From positions 292 to 64,291 of the IMG/VR virus record IMGVR_UViG_3300010234_000009: DNA of 64,000 nt; one strand, 5' to 3'. Below the pieces are notes generated by a model, which was given only the letters and a program-made list of their open reading frames with translations, was not told the origin of the DNA and did no database searches. Shown here piece after piece: positions 44,995-54,188 of this stretch (position 1 is the first letter of the stretch; each line of letters starts with the position of its first letter). The DNA comes from a virus (Duplodnaviria > Caudoviricetes). The position numbers and the translations under genes are program-made.

Positions 44995-45500
44995 AACGGC
45001 GCGTCAGGGGGTTGTGGCGCTGGGGAACTCGGGGCAGCTAAGTCCTGATCCAGCACCACAACCCTGATCTTGACGCAAGCGGCTGACTCCGTCCAATGAC
45101 GGTTGGTGCAGCCGCCGCAAAACCGACTGTCGTTCTTGACGATCACCTTCTCCAGCGCGTCCGCGACCACCCGCTCCAACTTGTCCTTGTCGGGAGTCTG
45201 TGCGTGATACTTCGGCGCTGACGGTTTCAGCTTCTCGCTGTTCTTCCCGCTGCCGTAATGGGCCTGCGGTCGCGGGAAGAAGAAGTCCAAGTACAGGTGA
45301 CACGGGGCGTCGATCAACGCGCCCTGGTATGCCTTCGCCGCTGCAGCCCGCACTTCCCCCTGCCAAGGCTTCGCACGGGGGTTCGTGTCTTTCAAGCCTG
45401 CGAATGATGAACCATCCTTGCGCTTGTTCACGAACGCCTGTTTGGAACCCTTCTGCTGCGGCACACCAAAGACGGTGAATTCGATTTCCATGGTTACCAA
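44991..45500 (-). CDS. rusA: RusA-family Holliday junction resolvase
   Basis: PQQKGSK...TPDKDKLERVVADAL...NDSRF. Confidence 0.85.
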   Translation of the reverse strand: MVTMEIEFTVFGVPQQKGSKQAFVNKRKDGSSFAGLKDTNPRAKPWQGEVRAAAAKAYQGALIDAPCHLYLDFFFPRPQAHYGSGKNSEKLKPSAPKYHAQTPDKDKLERVVADALEKVIVKNDSRFCGGCTNRHWTESAACVKIRVVVLDQDLAAPSSPAPQPPDAPF

Positions 45501-45514
45501 CCCAGCTTGAGGGA

Positions 45515-45910
45515 CTATTCACCACGCTTCTTGATCTTGATTTTCTCGTTGCCACGCTCGAGGACGAGAACCTTTTCATCATCAAGTTCCACCTGATGAA
45601 CGTCGTGCTCGTGCATCAACTCGATGACTTCGCCACGCAAACCGTCTTCCTTGGTTTGCTCCTTCTGACGCCTGCGCAGGGAACCCACGTACTGTGAAAC
45701 CTTCGCGGCCAGTTCATCGGGGACCGGATCGTGGGTGCCCTCGATGCGGGTTTGCTTTTCGTCGGCCGGCTCGTCGGCCGGCTCGTCGTCCTCGAGGGAC
45801 ATCGTCCCGTTGTTTTCGTCGGCCTCTTTCAAGTCCTTGAGCGCCTGCTTGTGGACCTCTTTGCTGACCTTGGTGCTGCGCACCTTAGAGCGCGGGCTGG
45901 TCTTGGTCAT
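45515..45910 (-). CDS. Hypothetical protein
   Basis: 131 aa, preceded by GGAGTGAG SD. Confidence 0.6.
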   Translation of the reverse strand: MTKTSPRSKVRSTKVSKEVHKQALKDLKEADENNGTMSLEDDEPADEPADEKQTRIEGTHDPVPDELAAKVSQYVGSLRRRQKEQTKEDGLRGEVIELMHEHDVHQVELDDEKVLVLERGNEKIKIKKRGE

Positions 45911-45976
45911 AACTCACTCCTGCTGGTTAAGAACTCGGATTCCCAAAAAGTAACAACTCGTCGAACAACTTGCAAG

Positions 45977-46177
45977 CTAGGTTTTGTGAAACTCCCGCCG
46001 GTGGATGTTCAAAGCGATCAGGCTTCGATACCGCTGGCCGCAGTCCACGCACCGATGGGGCTTGCTGATAATCGCCCGGTACCCCTTCCCGTACCCGATG
46101 ATTTCATCCACCCTGCCCTCGCCTCCTTCGCTTGCTCGCTTGAAACATTTCAGGTTAGAAAATTCTGCACTCCACAT
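45977..46177 (-). CDS. Small protein with a classical C2H2 zinc finger
   Basis: C-x2-C-x3-Y-x5-L-x2-H-x4-H (CVDCGQRYRSLIALNIHRREFH); GGAGTGACC SD upstream. Confidence 0.6.
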   Translation of the reverse strand: MWSAEFSNLKCFKRASEGGEGRVDEIIGYGKGYRAIISKPHRCVDCGQRYRSLIALNIHRREFHKT

Positions 46178-46192
46178 AGGTCACTCCGTTGG

Positions 46193-47572
46193 TTAAAACT
46201 TGTCGCCTGTAACTTCGGCCGCTTCTTCCTCGAATCGCTGGTGCCCGCCATCCCACCGCATCAGGATGTCTCCGCCGGTGCCGTGTCGGTTCTTCGCAAT
46301 CCTGATCTTGGCCGGGCCGCGCGATTCGTCGGCATTGCGGTTGATGAACAAAACGACATCGGCGTCCTGCTCAATGCTTCCGCTCTCGCGCAAGTCGGAC
46401 AGCTTGGGCATGGGGGGCAACCCGTCTTCGGTTTTCTTCGACTTCGCCTCCCGCTTGTCAAAATCACGGTTCAGTTGGGCAGCGACGACAACTGGAATGT
46501 TCAGTTCGCGAGCCATCCTCTTGAGTCCGCGGCTGATCCCCGCTACCTGCGCCTCTCGATTTGGCCTCGTCGACTCAGGTTCGACCAGTGTGAGATAATC
46601 CACGAACAGCGCGTCTAAGCCTTCGCTGGCGGCGCGCTCTTTGGCGATCATGCCGATCTGCGCAATGGACATCGCGGTCTGATCACACAAGTACATCCGA
46701 CTCTGGCTCATCTCGTCACCGCACTTGACCATCTCATCCCACCAGTCCTTGTGCAACGCCCGCTTGTCTCGCTCAATCAAGTGAAACGGGACGCTCGTGC
46801 GGGATGCCACGATGCGTTTTGTGAGGTCATTCAGCGACATCTCCAGAGACACGAACATCGTCGAGTGCCCGTAGTCAATCGCTGCATTGGACGCGATGTT
46901 GAGGAGCAATGTGCTCTTGCCAACGCGCGGCCGGGCAGCCACGATTATCACCCGGCCCGGACGCAACTGCACTCTGCTGTTGATGCCATCGAAGCCAGTA
47001 TCCACGGCGTCCTCCGGGCACTGCTCGGACATCGATTCGTAGAACTCTTGCACCGCATCGCCTCCGGTCTTGGGGCGGTGAAGGCCGGTCTGTCGCGACA
47101 CCTCCGATAAGACCGTCGACGTCTCCTCGATCAGTTCGCTAGCGCTCTTGTTTTCGTCCTGCAGTGACTCGCCAGCAGCCATCAAAACTTCCCGCTGCTT
47201 GTACTCTACGAGTCGCTTTGCGTAGAACACGCAGTGCGAGGCGAACCCACCCCGCTCATGGATGATTCGCGTCAAGTAGAGATACACGTCAGCCTGGGTC
47301 ATCTTCAACTTCACGACCGCTTGGTTTTTGAGGTAGACCACCATCGACTCGACAGCAACGGGGTGGTTGTTCTGGTACAGGAACGACAACTGCTCAAACA
47401 GCAGGCGATTGAGGGGATCGAAGAAGTGCGTTCCGTCGATGACGTGGCTGACCGCTGGGATCGCCTCGTCAGGGTTGATTATCATGCCCGACAGGATGTA
47501 CTGCTCACACAGGTCGCGCGGTTCGATGTTGCTCAAGCCACTCGGAGAAATTTTTGGTTGTGTATTGCTCAC
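46193..47572 (-). CDS. dnaB: Replicative DNA helicase DnaB-like
   Basis: AARPRVGKS Walker A, FVSLEMS, LFVDYL, AAQLNR, LSDLRESGSIEQDAD, AKNRHG. Confidence 0.95.
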   Translation of the reverse strand: MSNTQPKISPSGLSNIEPRDLCEQYILSGMIINPDEAIPAVSHVIDGTHFFDPLNRLLFEQLSFLYQNNHPVAVESMVVYLKNQAVVKLKMTQADVYLYLTRIIHERGGFASHCVFYAKRLVEYKQREVLMAAGESLQDENKSASELIEETSTVLSEVSRQTGLHRPKTGGDAVQEFYESMSEQCPEDAVDTGFDGINSRVQLRPGRVIIVAARPRVGKSTLLLNIASNAAIDYGHSTMFVSLEMSLNDLTKRIVASRTSVPFHLIERDKRALHKDWWDEMVKCGDEMSQSRMYLCDQTAMSIAQIGMIAKERAASEGLDALFVDYLTLVEPESTRPNREAQVAGISRGLKRMARELNIPVVVAAQLNRDFDKREAKSKKTEDGLPPMPKLSDLRESGSIEQDADVVLFINRNADESRGPAKIRIAKNRHGTGGDILMRWDGGHQRFEEEAAEVTGDKF

Positions 47573-48518
47573 CGGTCATCTCACTCCATTGCTCAAAGGA
47601 TAGATACTCTTGCGACAAGCACTTGAGGTGCCAATCGCCGTAAGACTTCTTCACGATGCTCTCGATGTATGCGCCGCTGATCACCGGGGGGTTGCTTGCC
47701 CTGTCGATCCATGGCGGGACTTCCTCTGCGGTCTTGGCTGGCGCCCACTGATCTGACTCCATTTGGGCTGTGATCGTGTTCCAGCTTTTCTCGATGCCAG
47801 CAGGAGACGCCTTCGTCCTGCGCCAAAAGTCATCATCGCGACCGAAGATGTACCCGAACACCGCCATCACGTCGGGTTCCCCATGACGATCGAACATCAG
47901 GCGGACCTCGTTTGCCCACGCATCGAGCTTCTTGGGGGGTGCGAACCTGGGGTTATGTTCCTGGAATCTCTTGGCGAGTCGCTGCGCCACGTTTAGGTGG
48001 TGGTCCTCGAAGATTAGGTTCCTCTTGGTTTTCTTTCCTGGCTCTTTCGGGGGTGCGGTAGCATCCCTCCCTATTGTTTCCTTATTAGTATCCTTCTTAG
48101 TTATATCCTTATTGGTTTTGTTGCACGCACCGTTCGCGCGACCGTTCGCGCTACCGTTCGCGCGACCGTTCGCATGGGGTTGGTGTTCCGCGAAGTTTAC
48201 CACGTAAATTACCGAGTATTTTCCAACATTCCTCCGTTGCACCATCTGTTCCGCTTCCAGACGCGCGAAGAATCTGTTTACTGTTGCAACGTGCCAGTCC
48301 CACCGTTCAGCCAGATACCTCTGAGAAGCCACTAACTCCCCGTACCGTAAGGAGATAACACTGTTCGCAATTCGGTATTCTCGGCCTTCAATTTGGTACG
48401 TTGCCATTTGCAACAAGTCGACCCATGCCTGCCCCTTAGAAAAGCGTTCCCCTGACCATATCCAGTGCTGAAATAGGGAACGCTTCAACTCCAAATGACC
48501 GTTGTTATTGTCACTCAT
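47505..48518 (-). CDS. Phage replication initiator (lambda O/DnaD-like organisation)
   Basis: N-terminal HWIW...AWVDLLQMA, internal iteron-encoded repeats (NGRA/NGSA), directly upstream of dnaB. Confidence 0.7.
   Translation of the reverse strand: MSDNNNGHLELKRSLFQHWIWSGERFSKGQAWVDLLQMATYQIEGREYRIANSVISLRYGELVASQRYLAERWDWHVATVNRFFARLEAEQMVQRRNVGKYSVIYVVNFAEHQPHANGRANGSANGRANGACNKTNKDITKKDTNKETIGRDATAPPKEPGKKTKRNLIFEDHHLNVAQRLAKRFQEHNPRFAPPKKLDAWANEVRLMFDRHGEPDVMAVFGYIFGRDDDFWRRTKASPAGIEKSWNTITAQMESDQWAPAKTAEEVPPWIDRASNPPVISGAYIESIVKKSYGDWHLKCLSQEYLSFEQWSEMTGEQYTTKNFSEWLEQHRTARPV
48129..48173. repeat. 12-bp iterons (about 3.75 copies) with adjacent AT-rich tract: putative replication origin
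   Basis: ACCGTTCGCGCG ACCGTTCGCGCT ACCGTTCGCGCG ACCGTTCGC; AT-rich segment at about 48072-48121. Confidence 0.7.
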
Positions 48519-48576
48519 GGTTCATTCGCTAGGGATATATTTTGCCAACTCACCAACAACTTCGTGCCCCAAACGA

Positions 48577-48615
48577 AAAGAACCCCGGCAGCACTTTGGG
48601 GGTACTGCCGGGGTT
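48577..48615 (-). terminator. Terminator after groES
   Basis: AACCCCGGCAG/CTGCCGGGGTT 11-bp inverted repeat, followed by CTTTT on the minus strand. Confidence 0.6.
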
Positions 48616-48685
48616 CAATCTAAACCGTATCACGGTTTTGAATCAGAGTTGTGGTCACGCCCCAAACATGACGTTGGGAAGATTA

Positions 48686-49018
48686 CTACGCTCTGGAATT
48701 GGCGTCAACACCAACCTCAACATTTTCACCGCGACCGAGGATCACGAGCACTTCCGCCTCCCGCAAGATCACCAGTTCCTCGCCATCGATCTGGACGGTG
48801 GCACCGGAATACTCGCCAAAGATCACCGTGTCCCCGGCCTGAACTTCCATTCCAACCCGGTCCCCGTTGGGGGTAACCAAGCCCGGTCCCACGGTCAGCA
48901 CCGTGCCCCGATCCGCCTTCTGCTGTGCGTCATCGGGCAGGACAATCCCACCTTCGCTGACGTTCTCCGAGGTGTCACGGCGTACAACACATCGGTCCCC
49001 CACTGGTCGCAATCTCAT
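48686..49018 (-). CDS. groES: Co-chaperonin GroES
   Basis: LRPVGDRCVV...EGGIVLPD...GTVLTVGPG...GDTVIFGEYSG...LREAEVL. Confidence 0.95.
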   Translation of the reverse strand: MRLRPVGDRCVVRRDTSENVSEGGIVLPDDAQQKADRGTVLTVGPGLVTPNGDRVGMEVQAGDTVIFGEYSGATVQIDGEELVILREAEVLVILGRGENVEVGVDANSRA

Positions 49019-49049
49019 AACTCAATTCTCCAAAGCAAAAGTGAAATAC

Positions 49050-49168
49050 GCGCGCATACTGCGCGCATACTGCAAAAAAAGCGCAAAAAAGCGCAAGCAA
49101 ACGTCGCCGGCTCGGCCGTGCAACACAGAGAACACAGAGAACAGAAAAATCACGGAAGAATCACGGAA
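49050..49168. repeat. Cluster of nested short tandem duplications in an intergenic region
   Basis: GCGCGCATACT x2 (49050-49071), GCAAAAAA(A)GC x2, AACACAGAG x2 (49122-49139), AATCACGGAA x2 (49148-49168). Confidence 0.7.
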
Positions 49169-49190
49169 ACGGGAACGTCGCGGGAATGGA

Positions 49191-50333
49191 TTATTCGCCC
49201 AGCCCTAGCTCTCCCTGACCTGTTTTTTCACTTTGCAGATTGGCAATTCGCAGGTTTGCCCACTGCCTGATTTCCTCCGCCTCGTCGATGTCCTCCAGCG
49301 AAGACTCAATCGCCTGCGCCATCGCCTCCACTTCATCGACGGTCTGACACTCGTTGATGGACTGCTTGTGCAGTGCCATGTCGGGATTCTCCGCAACAGC
49401 CTCTGTCGTCTCCTCAGAGGCCGCTGGGGCGGGTTTCTCCTTTTTGGTGCCCTTCTTCGCCGGAGACTTCTTTCGGCTCTTAGTGGCCTTGCTGGCGGCT
49501 GCTGCGGTCCTAGAAGCGGGTTCCTCGGTGTCACCCTCCGGTTGTGCCGACTCCGGTGGGGCGAACCACTCAGAGGGCTTGCTCATTTCATCGATGAGGG
49601 ACTGGTAGATTCCCCGCAGGTTAACCAGTTTCTCCTCGGTGATCGCCGCAGCGTTGTGACCGAGCCTCGCCTCGATCATTTCCTTGCTCACCCCGAACCG
49701 ATCCTTGAACGCAGCCAGCATCTTGCGGACGCGATCCTCCAGCGGTTCCGATGACTGGCCGGCGAGCGTTTTCGCACACTGGGCAACTGCCTCATCACAA
49801 ACATCGCCGGGGATGACCGCCAAGATGCAGGCGCGTAACCGCCGGCTACCCTGGTTCGCCATCATTTCGTAGATGTCGCGGGGGTCGGTCAGTTCCTTGA
49901 CCCCGCCCCGGGTGTGCAACCTGTGCTTCACCGTGAACGTGATCGCCCGCCGGGTGTTTGTCTCCAAATCCCAAGCGTAGGCTTCACAGAGGCTTTCCCC
50001 TTTGCGTTGCTCCAGTTCCTTGATCCCAAAGTCGATGTTGCCCCACCGCTGCGCAAGGCACTCAGCAAGTCGGATGCTCGGGCCGGTCACATTGGTGCCC
50101 CCCTTGGGGTAGCTGTAGGTCGCAACCTCAGCCAGCTTGACCCGCTTGCACGATGTGCGGATACGCTCAATGGCTTCGTTGTCATCCCGGGGGAATCGCT
50201 TCGCGACAATCATTGCCGCTTGGACTTCCTGGGCTGACCGGGTGGTGGCAATCTCCATCGCCCGGGAATTGTCGGAGTTGATCATTTGCCCCTGACCAGT
50301 GGGGGACTCGGTCGTCATTAGTTGGGTACTCAC
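49191..50333 (-). CDS. Putative single-strand annealing/recombination protein partnering YqaJ
   Basis: AKRFPRD...GPSIRLAE...WGNI motifs, acidic/basic tail, adjacent to the exonuclease gene. Family not identified with certainty. Confidence 0.55.
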   Translation of the reverse strand: MSTQLMTTESPTGQGQMINSDNSRAMEIATTRSAQEVQAAMIVAKRFPRDDNEAIERIRTSCKRVKLAEVATYSYPKGGTNVTGPSIRLAECLAQRWGNIDFGIKELEQRKGESLCEAYAWDLETNTRRAITFTVKHRLHTRGGVKELTDPRDIYEMMANQGSRRLRACILAVIPGDVCDEAVAQCAKTLAGQSSEPLEDRVRKMLAAFKDRFGVSKEMIEARLGHNAAAITEEKLVNLRGIYQSLIDEMSKPSEWFAPPESAQPEGDTEEPASRTAAAASKATKSRKKSPAKKGTKKEKPAPAASEETTEAVAENPDMALHKQSINECQTVDEVEAMAQAIESSLEDIDEAEEIRQWANLRIANLQSEKTGQGELGLGE

Positions 50334-50337
50334 GTTC

Positions 50338-51345
50338 TCACTTCACCTTTCGTTGGAAAACTCGTTCGTGTGACTTCTTCTTCGGTTGCCCGATCTTCTT
50401 CTGCAGCGCTGCGACATCCGCCTCGGTGACGATGCCGCCTGAAATCTGACAGACGCGAATCTCGTGCTCATCGGACAAGTGCCCGAGTTCTGCGTCTCCC
50501 ATGCCATGAAGCACCCGGTTCTTACACTCGGTACGCTCCTCCTCCAACGTCTTGATTTCCGATCCAAGCCGCTGGTATTCCCACCACGCCTGCCTCACGT
50601 TCGTGTCGAGCATGATCTTCTTCCCTGCAGTGTGACCATGCAGGTTGCGGATAATCTCGGACGTCTGTGAGTGGGTCCAGTTCGGTTCGGGCGGATCACG
50701 GTTCTCGATCCGCTCGGCCAGTTCCTTTTGCGCCGACACAAGGGCATCAATCATGTCGTCGTTACGGGGGACCGTGTAGATAGCAAGGTGGTGGATCGAG
50801 AAGAACACCGGGATGTCCACGGTGACATACCCGAGGACGCCCATGAGTTGCTGGCATTGCCAGTTGTAGATCACGGGTACCTCGTCCGTGCCTTCCCTCC
50901 CGAACTTGTCCATGTCGTCACCCTCTTTGTCCTTCATGTGGTAGGTGGACGCCTTCGACTCCACTCCCAATTGGGTAGCAGTTTCAGGCACCACGGCTAC
51001 CGCATCGGGTGTCGCAGCCATGAACGAGTGTTCGGGGTGGAAGAACATGGGCTGGCCGGCGAACGTCTCGTTGCCAGTCTTCTCGGAGTATTCCCCCAAG
51101 ATGATAGGCTCCATCTTGTTCCCCATCCGCAAGCCCATATTGTCCTCGATGTCCTCAGTCTCCCCCAGCTTGCGGAGGTAAATCTCCAGAGGGCCGGCGG
51201 TCCACTTCGACTGATTGACCGTTGCAGCCGCCTCGCTCGCCCCGAAAACAACCGGTCGCTCCGTCCGCTCCGGGTCGTACTTCCGCATCTGGTACCACTG
51301 TGGTGTGTGGGGCATCGGTCCCGCTATCGGTTGCTTGTCGCTCAC
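50338..51345 (-). CDS. YqaJ-like viral recombinase/alkaline exonuclease
   Basis: W...R...FGASEAA...G..MEP...MAATPD...VESK...YNWQCQQLM. Confidence 0.85.
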   Translation of the reverse strand: MSDKQPIAGPMPHTPQWYQMRKYDPERTERPVVFGASEAAATVNQSKWTAGPLEIYLRKLGETEDIEDNMGLRMGNKMEPIILGEYSEKTGNETFAGQPMFFHPEHSFMAATPDAVAVVPETATQLGVESKASTYHMKDKEGDDMDKFGREGTDEVPVIYNWQCQQLMGVLGYVTVDIPVFFSIHHLAIYTVPRNDDMIDALVSAQKELAERIENRDPPEPNWTHSQTSEIIRNLHGHTAGKKIMLDTNVRQAWWEYQRLGSEIKTLEEERTECKNRVLHGMGDAELGHLSDEHEIRVCQISGGIVTEADVAALQKKIGQPKKKSHERVFQRKVK

Positions 51346-51511
51346 GTTCAGCCTCTTGTTCTGCGGCGAACACTTCGCCTCGGAGAATGGGGATGTCACC
51401 TGGCGCATCGATCCCTAAGCGAATCTTTGAGCCTGTTCGGATCACGTGAATCGTGATCAAACCGTCGGCGAGAACGACCGTCTCACCTTTGCTACGAGAG
51501 ATAACTAACAC
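51155..51511 (-). CDS. csrA: Carbon storage regulator CsrA-like RNA-binding protein with a C-terminal extension
   Basis: GTG start after GCAGGAGGA; MLVISRSKGETVVLADGLITIHVIRTGSKIRLGIDAPGDIPILRGEV matches the CsrA pattern. Confidence 0.85.
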   Translation of the reverse strand: MLVISRSKGETVVLADGLITIHVIRTGSKIRLGIDAPGDIPILRGEVFAAEQEAERERQATDSGTDAPHTTVVPDAEVRPGADGATGCFRGERGGCNGQSVEVDRRPSGDLPPQAGGD

Positions 51512-51571
51512 AGAATCCTCCTGCGTTGTTGGTGCGCCAAGGCGCATGAAAACAACCCGTTGACCACCCGC

Positions 51572-51681
51572 TACTGGTGTGATGCAGCGTGCGGGTGATC
51601 GCCGGGCCGTGAGTGAGTCTCCAGATTGTAACTCCGCTGCATCACGGACGCCAGTAAACAGATAGGAAGTTCTCATGTCAA
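51572..51681 (-). promoter_or_regulatory. csrA promoter (-35 TTGACA) and structured leader with CUGGAG displayed in a loop
   Basis: TTGACA at 51681-51676; 11-bp perfect stem 51579-51589/51635-51645; inner GAGT/ACTC hairpin with loop UACAAUCUGGAG. Confidence 0.5.
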
Positions 51682-51696
51682 TGGTGATTATTCAAA

Positions 51697-52104
51697 TCAC
51701 TTTGACACGTTAGGTCTGTCGGGCGTAAAGATTTCTCGGCGTCGATGCTTGGGGAAGACCATCCGGTTCTCTATCTCCGGATCGCACTGGGTCCAACTGG
51801 TGTAGCGGGCGTTCGCTCTGACGCGAACAAGGTGGTCACCGTCTCGCCACTCGCTCTTGAAACCACCGCGGCACCTGGTTGGAACTTGCGAGTCGTGTTT
51901 GAGCAAACGCCAGAATACCACTACCCGACGCTGCAGTTCGACGTCGTAGTCCCAGCCCAGCAGTTGGTGCAGAACTTCCTTGCCATCGTGGTCGTAGACC
52001 GTGTTGTCCTCGAGCATGAACACCCGAGTCTCGTGGACTTCTTCCAGAGCCGGGCCGGCGAGGATTGCGGAGATGCTAAGGGCGAACTTCAACATCGGGC
52101 ACAC
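51697..52104 (-). CDS. Hypothetical exported protein
   Basis: N-terminal signal-like MLKFALSISAILAG. Confidence 0.5.
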   Translation of the reverse strand: MCPMLKFALSISAILAGPALEEVHETRVFMLEDNTVYDHDGKEVLHQLLGWDYDVELQRRVVVFWRLLKHDSQVPTRCRGGFKSEWRDGDHLVRVRANARYTSWTQCDPEIENRMVFPKHRRREIFTPDRPNVSK

Positions 52105-52450
52105 CCAGTTCAGGATTCATCTCCCTCAACTCAATAGCCCATTCCTTCATGTCGAGTGAGGAAAACCGATAACCCGCTTTCTGCTCAATAGCCTTCAACT
52201 GTGTGCTGACCGCCTTCAACTCCAAGAGGATGTTGGCGTTCTGCGACTTCGCCTCGCTCATCGCCTCCTTGATTTCAAGGCTCATCGCCTCTTTGGCCTC
52301 TGCCACCTTGGCGTCTTGAGCGTCAAACCTACTCTCGATCCACTGGTTCAAAGCAAGCGCTCCACACACCAGCGTGAAGCAGCCGACCAGCGTGATGGTG
52401 CCCTTGGTGTCTAGGGGGAAGCCGCTCTTATTCGGTTCTTTCTCGGTCAC
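52076..52450 (-). CDS. Single-TM plus coiled-coil membrane protein (possible lysis accessory)
   Basis: ITLVGCFTLVCGALAL TM segment followed by a coiled coil. Confidence 0.55.
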   Translation of the reverse strand: MTEKEPNKSGFPLDTKGTITLVGCFTLVCGALALNQWIESRFDAQDAKVAEAKEAMSLEIKEAMSEAKSQNANILLELKAVSTQLKAIEQKAGYRFSSLDMKEWAIELREMNPELGVPDVEVRP

Positions 52451-52607
52451 CCTGCCGCTCCTTGGCTATTTCCAACTTGAGCGCGAGTCGGTAGGTCTGG
52501 ACCTGCGCCTTGTAAACGTCACAACCGTCGTAGTCGTCGGGGTTTAGGCCATCAACTGCATGGCACAGCGATTCCACCTGCGAGGCGATGACGTTTAGGT
52601 CTGACAT
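52428..52607 (-). CDS. Small hypothetical protein (59 aa)
   Basis: MSDLNVIASQVESLCHAVDG...; extended -10 TGGTATAAT lies upstream on the minus strand. Confidence 0.45.
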   Translation of the reverse strand: MSDLNVIASQVESLCHAVDGLNPDDYDGCDVYKAQVQTYRLALKLEIAKERQGDRERTE

Positions 52608-52644
52608 GGTATTTCCCGATCATTGTTGCGGGGATTATACCAAA

Positions 52645-52677
52645 GCAGCCCCCCGATAATTTCTACCGGGGGGCTGC
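52645..52677 (-). terminator. Terminator-like 11-bp perfect hairpin ending the secreted-protein module
   Basis: GCAGCCCCCCG/CGGGGGGCTGC, followed by TTTGG on the minus strand. Confidence 0.6.
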
Positions 52678-52719
52678 TGGTTGCGTCATTCAGGCGCAAA
52701 CCCTTGCAATGGTACTCAG

Positions 52720-53016
52720 TTAGTAGCCGACCGTCCTAAACCGAAAGACGGGCCTGCCAAAGACGTCATAGCCCACGAACACCCTTTGCGTTCTGAACTG
52801 CGGCACGACGTTGAAACTGGAGTGGCTGTAACTATTGAACCCTCCATACCCGTTGTTGAAGCTACGGAAGGACTGGACACGGTTGAAGCCGCCTCCATAC
52901 CCATAGCCGCCACTGAACGAGTTAAACCCGTTCACCGCACAACCGCCGGCGTCGGCAGTGGGCGCCATGACAAACAGCATCGCAAGGATGCAAACAGCCG
53001 CTAGCAAATACTTCAT
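52720..53016 (-). CDS. Small secreted Gly/Tyr/Phe-rich protein
   Basis: Signal peptide MKYLLAAVCILAMLFVMAPTADA followed by G/Y/F/N/S low complexity. Confidence 0.65.
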   Translation of the reverse strand: MKYLLAAVCILAMLFVMAPTADAGGCAVNGFNSFSGGYGYGGGFNRVQSFRSFNNGYGGFNSYSHSSFNVVPQFRTQRVFVGYDVFGRPVFRFRTVGY

Positions 53017-53828
53017 TGTTCATTCTCCTGTAAAGGTGGTGGTTGGTTCGAGTCCCGTAGATGGGCACGCAACTCGAATAGTAAGCCTAACTCATTGGTC
53101 GTCAAACGTGGTTCCGTCTCGGGGGGCATCATGACCTCGGGGTCATTGGAGTGTGCCCGGCCGAGAAGTGTATCCCACTTGGCGGGAGTAAGTGCCTTCG
53201 CGTCGGTGAGGTCTAATCCTGCCTCGATGCGGTTTCCTGAGTGACACTTGTAGCATCGGTTGATAAGCACCTGCTGCCCGCTGGCAACGTGCTGTGCCGC
53301 CCCTTGAGCCTGGAAAGCAGGGATCGGGCTAGTCGTCGGGGTCTGCCCTTGCGGGGTAGCACACCCGCTCTGAGCCTGCGATGCCACCTGTGCAGCGCCA
53401 GCAAACGTGGACCGGACTATCAATGCCTTCGCCTCGGCCTCGGATCGGCAACGCATCAACTCGATGTACTGCTGAGAGAAGCGGGCAGCGTTGTTGTTCA
53501 ACTGCTCGGCAAGCCGGCGACTGTGATCCAAGTCAACGTGGAAGTTGTACGGGTGGTACGCCGCCCCGAACTGACCCAGCGGAACACCGGTGTAAAACCC
53601 TGCTTGGTTAGTGCCATGGCAAGGGATGCCGGCACCGTAGGCAGCATACCCATCGGAGTATCCGTAACCGCCGCCATACGAGTGCAATCCCCCGTTGGGA
53701 TAACCGAACGCGCCAAAGGATCGACGGTCTTGTGCCAGTGGGGGCACCAGCGTGATCGCGGCCTTGTCGGCTGAGAGGGCGATTGTTGCCGTGAGGGATA
53801 GCAGGGTCACGAGAAGGTACTTAATCAT
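53013..53828 (-). CDS. Secreted protein with C-terminal planctomycete-type cytochrome c domain
   Basis: Signal peptide MIKYLLVTLLSLTATIALS; VLINRCYKCHSG...GLDL...MMPP (CxxCH plus a distal Met). Confidence 0.7.
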   Translation of the reverse strand: MIKYLLVTLLSLTATIALSADKAAITLVPPLAQDRRSFGAFGYPNGGLHSYGGGYGYSDGYAAYGAGIPCHGTNQAGFYTGVPLGQFGAAYHPYNFHVDLDHSRRLAEQLNNNAARFSQQYIELMRCRSEAEAKALIVRSTFAGAAQVASQAQSGCATPQGQTPTTSPIPAFQAQGAAQHVASGQQVLINRCYKCHSGNRIEAGLDLTDAKALTPAKWDTLLGRAHSNDPEVMMPPETEPRLTTNELGLLFELRAHLRDSNQPPPLQENEQ

Positions 53829-54186
53829 GCGAAGTGTCTCCGTTCTGAACAGTGAAAATCTCATAGTCATCTTCACGCCCTGGCGGGAGCGGTATCCTGG
53901 TTCGTCTGCCTGTTCCGTGAGCAACACCCCCGTAGGTCCACGGGATGCCATGCTCTCCAAAGCGATAGGCGATCTTCTTCTTGCCGGGAACGATTTCAGC
54001 GAGGATGCTTCCCTCGTCGATGCCCTCAACCAACTCCCCTGACTCAAGCATTTCTTCAATCTCATCCTCATCGATAGTCGGGGGTTTGGTGTAGTCTCTC
54101 AAAAGCAACTGATAGGCAAGGAAGAACAAGCAGAGTGCGATCATCAGTGCGCCACACGCCACTTCTGTCTTATCTCGATTCCACAT
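53821..54186 (-). CDS. Membrane-anchored hypothetical protein
   Basis: N-terminal TM segment ALMIALCLFFLAYQLLL. Confidence 0.55.
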   Translation of the reverse strand: MWNRDKTEVACGALMIALCLFFLAYQLLLRDYTKPPTIDEDEIEEMLESGELVEGIDEGSILAEIVPGKKKIAYRFGEHGIPWTYGGVAHGTGRRTRIPLPPGREDDYEIFTVQNGDTSHD

Positions 54187-54188
54187 GA

